A stretch of 64,000 nt of DNA from positions 32,001-96,000 of the forward strand of contig JBFFUI010000001.1 in NCBI GenBank assembly GCA_041571435.1, read 5' to 3'. The notes under the pieces were generated by a model. The model was given only the letters and a program-made list of their open reading frames with translations. It was not told the origin of the DNA and ran no database searches. This DNA is from Sulfurimonadaceae bacterium (GTDB lineage Bacteria; Campylobacterota; Campylobacteria; Campylobacterales; Sulfurimonadaceae). Made by a program: the position numbers and the translations under genes. Shown here piece by piece: positions 38,803 through 47,893 of this stretch (positions are counted from its first letter, which is position 1; each line of letters starts with the position of its first letter).

Positions 38803-39483
38803 CTACGATGGGGTCTGCTCATGCTCCTGCATCGTATCGACATAGTCGCACACTTCGTTGTCATCGTTGCACGGCTGACTGTAGCCGGCTATCGGATCGT
38901 TCAGCACCTTCGCCAGGTTATCCGAGACGAATTCCCAGTTGACTAGTTTCCACCAGTTCTCCAGGTATTCCGGCCGGGCGTTGCGGCGGTCGATGTAGTA
39001 GGCATGTTCCCAGACATCACAGGTGAGCAGCGGCACCGTCGCTCGCCGTATCGGCGTATCGGCATTGCTGGTCTGCTCGATCGCGAGTGTGCCCTCTTTG
39101 GTGATGACCAGCCACACCCATCCCGAACCGAACAGCCCCGCAGCTGCAACCAGGAATGCTTCTCTGAACGCATCCATGGTGCCAAAATCGCGTTCGATCA
39201 TATCCGACAGCTCGACCGAAGGGGTGGTCGGCGTGGCCGACAGACTGTGCCAGTAGAAGTCGTGGTTATAGACCTGTGCGGCATTGTTGAAAATCCCGCC
39301 TTCGGCATGTTTGATGATCTCTATGAGAGACATGTCGGCAAACTTCGTGTTCTCGATAAGGCCGTTGAGTTTGTTCACATACCCGGCATGGTGTTTACCG
39401 TAGTGAAAGGAGATGGTCTCTTCGGAGATATAAGGTTCAAGCGCGTTCTGCGCATAAGGCAGTTGCATTAATTGGTGTTGCAT
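38803..39483 (-). CDS. sodB: Fe superoxide dismutase with a C-terminal Cys-containing extension
   Basis: HYGKHH, FNNAAQVYNH, FGSGW, NADTP, DVWEHAYY. Confidence 0.92.
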   Translation of the reverse strand: MQHQLMQLPYAQNALEPYISEETISFHYGKHHAGYVNKLNGLIENTKFADMSLIEIIKHAEGGIFNNAAQVYNHDFYWHSLSATPTTPSVELSDMIERDFGTMDAFREAFLVAAAGLFGSGWVWLVITKEGTLAIEQTSNADTPIRRATVPLLTCDVWEHAYYIDRRNARPEYLENWWKLVNWEFVSDNLAKVLNDPIAGYSQPCNDDNEVCDYVDTMQEHEQTPS

Positions 39484-39709
39484 CGTGTCCTCCTTGTTTT
39501 TTTTAAGCTCTACATATCATCCTACTCTCATAATTTTAAACATCTGCACAATCAAAAAAATTAGATCGAATACATAAGTAAAATCAATACTGAAAAAGAA
39601 GGGTTAGATGCTTGGTGCTGCTAAAATGGAAAAAGGAAGGGTATATAAAGGTAAAAAAAATGGTGTAAGCTGCTGCCCTCGGAGAGGACAGCATAAGAAG
39701 AATAGTTGA

Positions 39710-40000
39710 AAACTACTATTAACGAACCAGGTCGAAGAAGTAGTCAGTTGACGCGATACCTTTGGTCTCTTCGTCAAGTTGGTCAAGAACCTTGTTCGTG
39801 ATCCAAGTCAACAGGTTCAGCGCACCATCGTAGTCAACCACTACTGTAACAACTTGACGGAGACGGTCGAGCAACTCAGGCTGCACCCGCTGCAGCAGAT
39901 TGTCTTGCTCAAACCGATCAAAGCGATTGAACGCCAAGAGACCTATGAATACGGTGCCCAGGACCGCGATGCGGTTTTGGACATCCCCTATATGACCTAA
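39710..40000 (+). pseudogene. Possible decayed gene fragment
   Basis: Coding-like frame ending ...AVLDIPYMT*, interrupted by TGA at 39749, with no convincing start. Confidence 0.3.
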
Positions 40001-40020
40001 CCCAAATACAAAGGAAAACA

Positions 40021-40541
40021 ATGGATTACGAAACCCTTAAAACCGCTCTTTTAAAAGAGGCCAGAAACGCTTTTGAAATAGCATGTACAATGCGCGATAA
40101 TCAGCGTCTTGAGGTCTACCTCAAAAACGGTGAAGCAAAGATGTCAGACTGCATGGAAGAGAGTGAAGAGCTGATATACGGGCCCGACCATATCCTCTGC
40201 TATCAGGTCTATGGCCATGACTACCTTGAAGATGAGATCAAGACCTGGATCGATTACGCACGCGTGATCGAGCAGCCGGAGGATGGTATGCCGATGCCGG
40301 AGCCAACCGACATCGAGAAATCGATCCGCGAACTGATCAACGAGATCGCGCAGAGAAACGGGGTTCCGCCTGAAAGCGTCGTTCGTTCGAGGTCTTTGCA
40401 AACCTTCCGATGGACCTTCTGGGCAGTATTGAGCAGCAGATCATTGAATACTGGTGGAGCGCAAAAGAGGAAGAGAACGGCAAGAAGCTGGCACTCGAAC
40501 AGATCGACGAAGCGATCGGCCTGCCATCCCAGCAGCTGTAA
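40021..40541 (+). pseudogene. Acidic hypothetical protein with a 1-nt frameshift near 40381
   Basis: AAGGA RBS. After ...PPESV the shifted frame reads SFEVFANLPMDLLGSIEQQIIEYWW...QQL* ending at 40541, just short of the convergent gene. Confidence 0.7.
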
Positions 40542-40546
40542 TACCG

Positions 40547-41227
40547 TTACGCTGAAGCTAACGTATTTTTGGCCGCTATCATAGCGTTGCGGCTTGCTTC
40601 GAACCACCCCTCTTTTAGTTCTACGGGCGGCAGGACCTCGACATGAACCACCCCTTTTTTTGAGTGCTTTCTCCCCTCGTTGTAGTAACGTCCGAGCTCT
40701 TTGATGACAATCGGCTGCACCTTGAGACCCAGTTTTTCGGCGACCATCTTTGCACCCGGTTCGAACGCTTTGATCTCGCCATCGAATGAACGTGTGCCTT
40801 CGGGAAAGATCACGACTTTTTTATCCTCTTTTTTACGGACCTCTTTGAGCAGTTTCACACCCGAACGCCGGTCATTTCTATCAATAGTGATATGACCGAT
40901 GATCTCTGTGACCAGGCCGACTGGCCAGCTGTCCATGATCCCCTTGCGCCCGACGAACCGGATGTCAGCCCCAACATATGATTCCAGTATGAAGATGTCC
41001 ATCATGGATTGGTGATTCGCGATTATCAGGTTGGTGTCAGGCGCAAGTTCACCCTCTACCTTATAGTCCAGACCGACACTGGAGAGGACGCGACGGCTGA
41101 TCCATTTCCGTAGACGATCAAGCTTCGATATGTTCTCTCGGTTGAGATATATCAGCATGGCCCCGATGACCATCACAGCATAGGCCATAATGGTACGTAT
41201 ATGAAAAACAGCCTTATCTATCATCAC
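40547..41227 (-). CDS. Lysophospholipid acyltransferase (PlsC family), copy 2
   Basis: NHQSMMD, IDR, FPEGTRS motifs. Confidence 0.88.
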   Translation of the reverse strand: MMIDKAVFHIRTIMAYAVMVIGAMLIYLNRENISKLDRLRKWISRRVLSSVGLDYKVEGELAPDTNLIIANHQSMMDIFILESYVGADIRFVGRKGIMDSWPVGLVTEIIGHITIDRNDRRSGVKLLKEVRKKEDKKVVIFPEGTRSFDGEIKAFEPGAKMVAEKLGLKVQPIVIKELGRYYNEGRKHSKKGVVHVEVLPPVELKEGWFEASRNAMIAAKNTLASA

Positions 41228-41288
41228 GCTCTCTCGTCAATTCATTGACGCTATCAATGAAAAGTGCCTTCGATCTCCTTGTTAATTT

Positions 41289-41969
41289 TCAGACGCCCTG
41301 ATACAGCGCCTCTTGCGCCGCTATCATCTTCTGTCGGCTCGTTTCAAGCCACCCCTCCTCAAATTCTACGGGCGGCAGGATCTCAATATGCACTTTGCCT
41401 TTTTTTGAGTGCCGTCGTCTCTCACTGTAATACTGGTCAAGGTCTTTGATGACAACCGGCTGCACCTTCAGTCCCAGTTTTTCGGCGACCAGTTTTGCCC
41501 CGGATTCAAAAGCCTGTATCTTTCCGTTGGGAGAACGTGTCCCCTCCGGAAAAATGACCACTTTTTTTCCTTTTTTCTCCCGGACCTCTTTTAACAGTTT
41601 AACCCCTGCGCGCCTGTCTTCTCTATCGATGGTGATGTGACCGACAGCATCCACAACAAGCCCTACCGGCCAGACATCCATGATTCCTTTGCGTCCGACA
41701 AAACGGATCTCAGGCCCCACAAACGACTCAAGTAAAAAGATGTCGATCATAGATTGGTGGTTGGCAATAATAAGGTCGGTGTCTTCATCCAGGTGACCTT
41801 TAAGTTCATAAGTCAAACCGACCCCGCGCAATACGTTTCGGCTGATCCACATGCGCCATCTGTCGGTCTTGCTTTTGTCATTTTTAAAGATATCAACAGC
41901 CGTTGAACCGACTGCAATCGCCAAATGGGCTAAAAAGGTGCGAATACGGAATATAATACTATCGATCAT
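41289..41969 (-). CDS. Lysophospholipid acyltransferase (PlsC family), copy 1
   Basis: NHQSMID, IDR, FPEGTRS motifs; close paralogue of the neighbour. Confidence 0.88.
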   Translation of the reverse strand: MIDSIIFRIRTFLAHLAIAVGSTAVDIFKNDKSKTDRWRMWISRNVLRGVGLTYELKGHLDEDTDLIIANHQSMIDIFLLESFVGPEIRFVGRKGIMDVWPVGLVVDAVGHITIDREDRRAGVKLLKEVREKKGKKVVIFPEGTRSPNGKIQAFESGAKLVAEKLGLKVQPVVIKDLDQYYSERRRHSKKGKVHIEILPPVEFEEGWLETSRQKMIAAQEALYQGV

Positions 41970-42133
41970 TGCTCAACTTCTATATTTAACAGATATATAA
42001 TCTTACTAAAAATTGATTTTTTTTTCCTTGTAATCTGCGAGTAACCCTTCTGTAATAGAATGTTACAGCTATTTGTTAGTCATACATCTGTATACTAAAA
42101 AACATTTTCACACCAAAAATAAGGTCTATTTCA

Positions 42134-42577
42134 ATGCAACACTATTCATACACTTCCAGTCGCGGCGCTTTCTCTCTGATGGAGCTTATGATCGTTATTA
42201 TCATTCTCGGTCTTTTGGCATCACTGGTACTTCCAAACCTCATGGGAACGGCGGAGAAGGCAAAACGTGATCTTGTCTGTATCCAGATGAAAGGTGTAGG
42301 TGAGGTACTTGATCGTTTCAAACTCGATAACGGCGTCTACCCGTCAACGGAAGAGGGGCTTCATGCTTTGATCGAAAACCCTAGCGAAGAGAAATATCCG
42401 GACTACGATAATCATGGCTATGTCGCCAAGAAGAACCTGCCGAAAGATTCGTGGAAAAATGAATTTGTCTACATCAATATGGGCAGTACGATCGACCTGA
42501 TCTCTCTCGGTGCCGACCGCAAAGAGGGCGGTGAAGATGATGCAAGCGACATCCGCTTCAGTGAGTGTAAGTTCTAA
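42134..42577 (+). CDS. gspG: Type II secretion major pseudopilin
   Basis: A|FSLMELMIV N-methylation site, FKLDNGVYPSTEEGLHAL, PKDSW, SLGAD..EGG...DI. Confidence 0.92.
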   Translation: MQHYSYTSSRGAFSLMELMIVIIILGLLASLVLPNLMGTAEKAKRDLVCIQMKGVGEVLDRFKLDNGVYPSTEEGLHALIENPSEEKYPDYDNHGYVAKKNLPKDSWKNEFVYINMGSTIDLISLGADRKEGGEDDASDIRFSECKF

Positions 42578-42585
42578 ACCCGGCC

Positions 42586-43110
42586 ATGCGGAAAAAGGCA
42601 TTCACCCTCATTGAGTTGCTGCTTGTTGTAGTGATCATAGGTGTTGTCTACGGTCTGGTGATCAATTCGATAAAGCATATCAACGACAAAGAGGCTGCTC
42701 TCGATTTTGAGACACTCCCCTCTTTTTTGAAGACCTTTCATCAGCGCAACGATGTCGCTTTCGTATGTATCGACAACTGCCAGCAATGTGCCGTCTATGT
42801 GGATGGCGAACAGCTAAAAGAGGTTGATGCCTTTATGAAAGATGAGCGAATGCTTCGGTTTTGGCGTTTTGATGCCAACCTGGGCATGCAGGAGCTTCGG
42901 TTTACTCCGATGTTCGATGCAGACGACAGAGCGTTTGATGTCTGTTTAAAATATGAGATTTTTAAAGACGGGAGCAGTTCAGAGATGGTCATAGAGACAC
43001 AACAAGAGAGTTACGACTATCGTGGCCTGAACCATAAAGTCGACCGCTACTCTTCGCTCCAGACACTCGAAAGCAGTCGCCAGGATGAGCTTCAGGAGGT
43101 GTTGCAATGA
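42586..43110 (+). CDS. Minor pseudopilin (GspH-like)
   Basis: KKA|FTLIELLLV prepilin motif. Confidence 0.75.
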   Translation: MRKKAFTLIELLLVVVIIGVVYGLVINSIKHINDKEAALDFETLPSFLKTFHQRNDVAFVCIDNCQQCAVYVDGEQLKEVDAFMKDERMLRFWRFDANLGMQELRFTPMFDADDRAFDVCLKYEIFKDGSSSEMVIETQQESYDYRGLNHKVDRYSSLQTLESSRQDELQEVLQ

Positions 43111-44321
43111 TTTTTGCATACAAAGGCATCAATACTGAAGGCAAAAAAGTCAAGGACAAACTTGAAGCCACCTCGCTTGAAGAAGCTAAAAGCAAACTCA
43201 AAGCCCAGGGGATCATCTACAAATACATTGAGGAGGAGTCCCCTTCTCTTTTTAGCGGCATAAACTTCAGCCGACGCTACCGCATTTCGCCCAATGAACT
43301 CTCTCAACTCAGCCGTGAGCTCGCGATGTATATCCGCTCCGGGATCAGTATCGTCGGTGCGCTCAAGATCATCCAAAACCAGTACCTCCACAAAAAGAAG
43401 CTCTACCTCTTTTTAAAGACCGTCAGTACCTATCTTGACGAGGGGAAAAACTTCTACGCCGCTCTGGATGAGCAGAAGATCGTTATTCTTCCGGAGTTTT
43501 ACACGCAGTCCATCCGGGTCAGCGAGTCCAGCGGTATTTTAGACGAGGTGCTGCTGGAGCTCTCACGCTTTCTTAAAGAGCAAGACCGCATCTCCAAAGA
43601 GATCAAGTCCGCCTTTGCCTACCCCTCGTTCATGATCCTGATCTCACTCTTTATGGTCGGGTTTATGCTCGCCTTTGTCGTACCGCAGATCACGGGGATC
43701 TTTGAAAGCATGGATCAGAAACTTCCCGCTGCCACCCGGTTTGTGATCGCCGCGGGCGACTTTTTCAGCAACCACTATGCTGCAATCGGTGTCGTGATCG
43801 TGCTGCTTTTCGGTGCGCACTCTTTGATGATGAACTATATTGCCGGCTACAAATATGCCGTACATTCTCTACTTTTGCGTATGCCTCTGTTCGGCAAAGT
43901 TGCCCTTAAAAGCGAGCTGGCGCGATTCTCCTATGTCGGCTCCCTGCTTGTCCGATCCGGTGTCCCTTTTGTACAGACGATCAACCTCTCTGCTAACATC
44001 CTGAACAATGCCGTTTTGCGTCGTGTCTTCCTTGAGGCCTCCAAAAAAGTTGTTGAGGGAAAACGTCTTTCCAATGCACTCAATGAATCCTCTTACACCC
44101 TGGATCCTTCATTTTTACAAGCCATTGCCGTAGGAGAGGAGACCTCTCAGATAGAGCCCGTTTTGATCAACATCTCCGAACTCTATTTTGAAGACAATCG
44201 CGACAAGATCGGTCTCATCCTGAGTCTTCTTGAACCGATGCTGATGCTCTTTGTCGGCGGTACCATCGGCTTTATCGTCGCGGCAATGCTGCTGCCGATC
44301 TTCTCGATGAGTATTTCATGA
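43107..44321 (+). CDS. gspF: Type II secretion inner-membrane platform protein F
   Basis: Two GspF repeats, AFAYP, VVPQI, SGVP, GEET, LLEP...MLLPIF. Confidence 0.9.
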   Translation: MIFAYKGINTEGKKVKDKLEATSLEEAKSKLKAQGIIYKYIEEESPSLFSGINFSRRYRISPNELSQLSRELAMYIRSGISIVGALKIIQNQYLHKKKLYLFLKTVSTYLDEGKNFYAALDEQKIVILPEFYTQSIRVSESSGILDEVLLELSRFLKEQDRISKEIKSAFAYPSFMILISLFMVGFMLAFVVPQITGIFESMDQKLPAATRFVIAAGDFFSNHYAAIGVVIVLLFGAHSLMMNYIAGYKYAVHSLLLRMPLFGKVALKSELARFSYVGSLLVRSGVPFVQTINLSANILNNAVLRRVFLEASKKVVEGKRLSNALNESSYTLDPSFLQAIAVGEETSQIEPVLINISELYFEDNRDKIGLILSLLEPMLMLFVGGTIGFIVAAMLLPIFSMSIS

Positions 44322-45220
44322 TACCGTTGCAGCATCGTCATGGGATCGCCTTGCTGATCACCCTCTTTTTCATCATCGCGATCACTGCTGCAGTCGGTAT
44401 CAGTCTGATGAACCTGAAACAGAGCGGCGAAGAGCTTCGAGAAGCCCGTTTCCTGCTTCAGAGCGGTGCCGTCGTCGAAGATGTCCTCTCGCTGATGAAA
44501 GAAGCGGACAAGCTCGGTACGGTGAGCGACGCCGAAAGTCTCAATATCTTTTTATCCACAGCCGGATTTATACCGCTGGAATTAAAAGAACTTTTGGTTA
44601 AAATAGAGATAACAAGTGCGATGGGACGTATCAATATCAACACACTGGCGGCTTCTAAAGAGTTCCAGCATGCGCTGATAGAGTATATGGACCGTTTTAA
44701 TGTTCAAGATGCCAACTACATGAGCGACCTTTTGATCGACTGCATGGGTGGGCATAAAGATGTCTACAAAACCGATATTTTTGATGAGATGCCGGAGCTT
44801 TACCGTGAACGTATTGTCTCAAAAAGACATCTGAACAAGATCCTGGGCTTCTATGTCCGTGAACGTCACGACAATGCCGTTGTCAAGCTCCCTTGGGACG
44901 CATTGATCCGCTATGATGACAGTAATGTCACAACCGTTGACGTGAACTACATCACGCCGGCCCTTTGGCAGATGTATCTTCCCGGCCTGGATGAGGAACG
45001 GGCTGTTGATCTGGCATCGGGCGGAGGAGCATACAACACACTTGACGATATCGGCCTCTCTGCTGACGATAAGGCACAGCTCGCCAAGTTCGGCCTGAGC
45101 TTTTTTCAACCGGTCGTCCGCATGGATGTCGAGGTCCTGGAGAACAATAGCAGCGCTCATATAGCATTTGACTACGATTTAAGCACTAAAAAGGGTAGAC
45201 ATTTTGAATTTGGGATTTAG
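44318..45220 (+). CDS. GspK-like minor pseudopilin
   Basis: G|IALLITL lacking Glu5, GRININ motif. Confidence 0.7.
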   Translation: MIPLQHRHGIALLITLFFIIAITAAVGISLMNLKQSGEELREARFLLQSGAVVEDVLSLMKEADKLGTVSDAESLNIFLSTAGFIPLELKELLVKIEITSAMGRININTLAASKEFQHALIEYMDRFNVQDANYMSDLLIDCMGGHKDVYKTDIFDEMPELYRERIVSKRHLNKILGFYVRERHDNAVVKLPWDALIRYDDSNVTTVDVNYITPALWQMYLPGLDEERAVDLASGGGAYNTLDDIGLSADDKAQLAKFGLSFFQPVVRMDVEVLENNSSAHIAFDYDLSTKKGRHFEFGI

Positions 45221-46133
45221 ATCTAAGGCCAAAGCCTTTTTTGTCGATGTCGACTCCCCGGCCTACCTTTTAGAGGCACCGGTCAATATTATCCTTTCGC
45301 CCTCTATGTATTGGGTCAAACGCGTAACGCTTCCGGTCAAGTACCTGCGTGAGGTCCGAAGCCTCATCCCCTCTCTTTTCGAGGAGAACCTCCCGGAGGG
45401 AAAATACAGCTACAGCACCTACAAAGACGGTGACAGCTTTCTGATCTTTGCCTACAACGACAAAGAGGTGCTTGACCTTGTTGCCGAAAAAGGGATCACC
45501 GCAGCCAATATTGACAATGTCTATTTTGCACAGAGCGAGTTCGACACGATCGACACGCCACTCAAGATCGATGCGAAGAGTGTCTTAAGTCTGCAAGACG
45601 GTGTTGTCGTCAAACTGCCCGCCGCTTTGGCACCTGACGCCATTGCAATGAACCTGGATGGCCACACCTTTTCAAAACATACCATTCATCTCACCCGCTT
45701 TAACCAGATCGCGGACAAAAAGTCGCAAAAGGTCTTCGGCTCTATCCTGACAGTTCTGATCCTAATGTTTACGACCGAATGGCTTATCACCGCGTCGAAA
45801 GTCTCAGCGATCATTGAGAAACAGGGCGAAGTCTTCAGCAACCATAACCTTCCTGCGACCTCATTTCAAAATGAGGCGATCCATGCCAAGCTGAATACAA
45901 CGTTCGAAAGACAGAGCCGTATCCGGGATATCGTCAACCTTGTGCTGACACTCAAGCTTAAGCCCGAAGAGCAGTTAGAACGTATTGCTATGGAGAGAAA
46001 CCGCATGATCATTGAGCTCCGGACCGAGTCTGAAGCGACAGGGTCAAAAACCCTATCCAGCCTCAAAAGAGAGTTTAAACGCACCGATGGCCGTTTTGAG
46101 AACGGGATCTACACCATGGAGATACAGTTATGA
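45204..46133 (+). CDS. GspL-like bitopic protein
   Basis: Large cytoplasmic N-domain, one TM, periplasmic C-domain; position in the cluster. Confidence 0.5.
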   Translation: MNLGFRSKAKAFFVDVDSPAYLLEAPVNIILSPSMYWVKRVTLPVKYLREVRSLIPSLFEENLPEGKYSYSTYKDGDSFLIFAYNDKEVLDLVAEKGITAANIDNVYFAQSEFDTIDTPLKIDAKSVLSLQDGVVVKLPAALAPDAIAMNLDGHTFSKHTIHLTRFNQIADKKSQKVFGSILTVLILMFTTEWLITASKVSAIIEKQGEVFSNHNLPATSFQNEAIHAKLNTTFERQSRIRDIVNLVLTLKLKPEEQLERIAMERNRMIIELRTESEATGSKTLSSLKREFKRTDGRFENGIYTMEIQL

Positions 46134-46534
46134 AGATCAATCCGCTCTACATAGGAATGCTCCTGGTCGTTGCCCTTCTCTTTGTGGTCTACCAGCTTCA
46201 TGGAAGCAAGACGCAGCTGCGTGAAAGCAAACAGAGCCTGATTAAAGTCGAAGCGATGGCAGAAGAGATCGATGCCCTGAAACGTGCCTGGGACAACCCG
46301 AAGACAACGACTGCGGCATTGCAGAGACTCTTGAAAGCACCGCAGCTCAAATCAGCCAATATCCAGCAGACAAAAAAGCAGGGGTTGATCATCTTAAAGT
46401 CAAAAAAAGCGAATTTTAAAGCGGCCGACTACTTCTTCGCAAAACTTTTCAATGGCGCGTACATTTTACAAAAATTTGAGATCAAGCGTCTGGATGATGA
46501 GTCGCTCAGCTTTCATGTGGAGATCCGTTCATGA
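46130..46534 (+). CDS. GspM-like bitopic protein
   Basis: N-terminal TM, coiled coil, short C-domain; follows the GspL-like gene. Confidence 0.45.
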   Translation: MKINPLYIGMLLVVALLFVVYQLHGSKTQLRESKQSLIKVEAMAEEIDALKRAWDNPKTTTAALQRLLKAPQLKSANIQQTKKQGLIILKSKKANFKAADYFFAKLFNGAYILQKFEIKRLDDESLSFHVEIRS

Positions 46535-47061
46535 AAAAAATAGCCCTCTTCCTTTTCTACACCGTTCTCTTTTTTGGTGCTCTGCTCTTTTTTACCCCAA
46601 AAGAGAACCTCTATTATTTTGCAGAGGAGCAGATCAAACCGCTCGGTGTCGTTATCGGCTACGAAGAGACCGTGGACCACGGTTTTACCCTTGAGATACT
46701 CCATCCTAAGCTCTATGTACAGAAGATCAAGAGTGCTGACATCGGCTCCATCAGCGTTGCTATTTTCGGGTTTTATAATGCGATATCAGTCAACAATGTT
46801 GTTTTGGACAAGACCTTTGAGCAGTTTTTTCCGCCGCTCATCAAACAGATCGATATGGACAACACGCTCTTCTCCCCCCTTCAATTTAATGCAGAAGCCG
46901 TCGGTGACTTTGGTGAAGCCAAGGCGACTGTCGACCTGCTTGAGCGCAGTGCGAAAATCATTGTGAAGCCGTCGAAGCTGATGCTGTCACAGTATAAAAA
47001 CACGCTGCGTCAGCTTAAAAAATCCAAAGAGGGGGACTACTATTATGAATATAAATTTTAA
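46531..47061 (+). CDS. GspN-like protein
   Basis: N-terminal TM ending in F.PK, beta-rich body; position in the cluster. Confidence 0.45.
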   Translation: MKKIALFLFYTVLFFGALLFFTPKENLYYFAEEQIKPLGVVIGYEETVDHGFTLEILHPKLYVQKIKSADIGSISVAIFGFYNAISVNNVVLDKTFEQFFPPLIKQIDMDNTLFSPLQFNAEAVGDFGEAKATVDLLERSAKIIVKPSKLMLSQYKNTLRQLKKSKEGDYYYEYKF

Positions 47062-47893
47062 CCCCTCTGTGGTACGTTTTGTACGTAATGTACTGATTAT
47101 TGTCATGGTGGCAAAAGTCCTCTCTCTTCTCCTATTATGGCTCTTTCAGAGCGAAGGTGTCCACTACCATGCGAACAGCTCCAAACTGCCGGCATACAAA
47201 CGTTACGGTGTCCAAAATATCATAAAACCGACCCAGGCGCCTGACCCGATAACGGCTAAAGGGCCGCTCAGTGACGAGGAGATTGAACTGGCAGCCTATG
47301 GACCGAACATCTCAAGCATGGTGCTGAAAGCTCTTTTCAAGCGCAAAGACGGCGGTCTCATCATCATCGCACTGAAAGCAAAGCCGAATGACTCCGAAGT
47401 CATCGGGATCGATGAAACGTTTCAAGGCTACACCCTTAAAAAGATCGTCGAAAACGGTGCGATCTTCAGTAAAAACGGAGAGACCTTCAGCCTCTACTTC
47501 TCTGACGAACAGCGGCAAGAGAGCCGAACACCAAAACCTGGCAGCAGTAACATGTTAACTTCGGGTAGCGACGACGGCATTAAACAGGTTGCCAAAACAG
47601 ACATCAACCGCTACGCAAAAGATGTGAATCAGATCTGGAAAGAGATCGGTATCACCGAGGTAAAAAAGAACGGCAAGATCACAGGGTTCAAAGTCACACG
47701 GATACAGCCTAACACCCCCTTTGCCCAGCTTGGTTTACGTCAAGGCGATATAATCATTAAAGCCAACAACCAGCCGTTGACATCATACAAGGATGCCATC
47801 GCGATCTATAAAAGGATCGATGAACTCGACGCTGTCGAACTAATCGTCCTACGCAACAATCAAGAAACGGAGATCATCTATGAAATACATTAA
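47045..47893 (+). CDS. gspC: Type II secretion protein C with PDZ domain
   Basis: N-terminal TM, HR-like region, GFKV...PFAQLGLRQGDII...N PDZ motif. Confidence 0.75.
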   Translation: MNINFNPSVVRFVRNVLIIVMVAKVLSLLLLWLFQSEGVHYHANSSKLPAYKRYGVQNIIKPTQAPDPITAKGPLSDEEIELAAYGPNISSMVLKALFKRKDGGLIIIALKAKPNDSEVIGIDETFQGYTLKKIVENGAIFSKNGETFSLYFSDEQRQESRTPKPGSSNMLTSGSDDGIKQVAKTDINRYAKDVNQIWKEIGITEVKKNGKITGFKVTRIQPNTPFAQLGLRQGDIIIKANNQPLTSYKDAIAIYKRIDELDAVELIVLRNNQETEIIYEIH

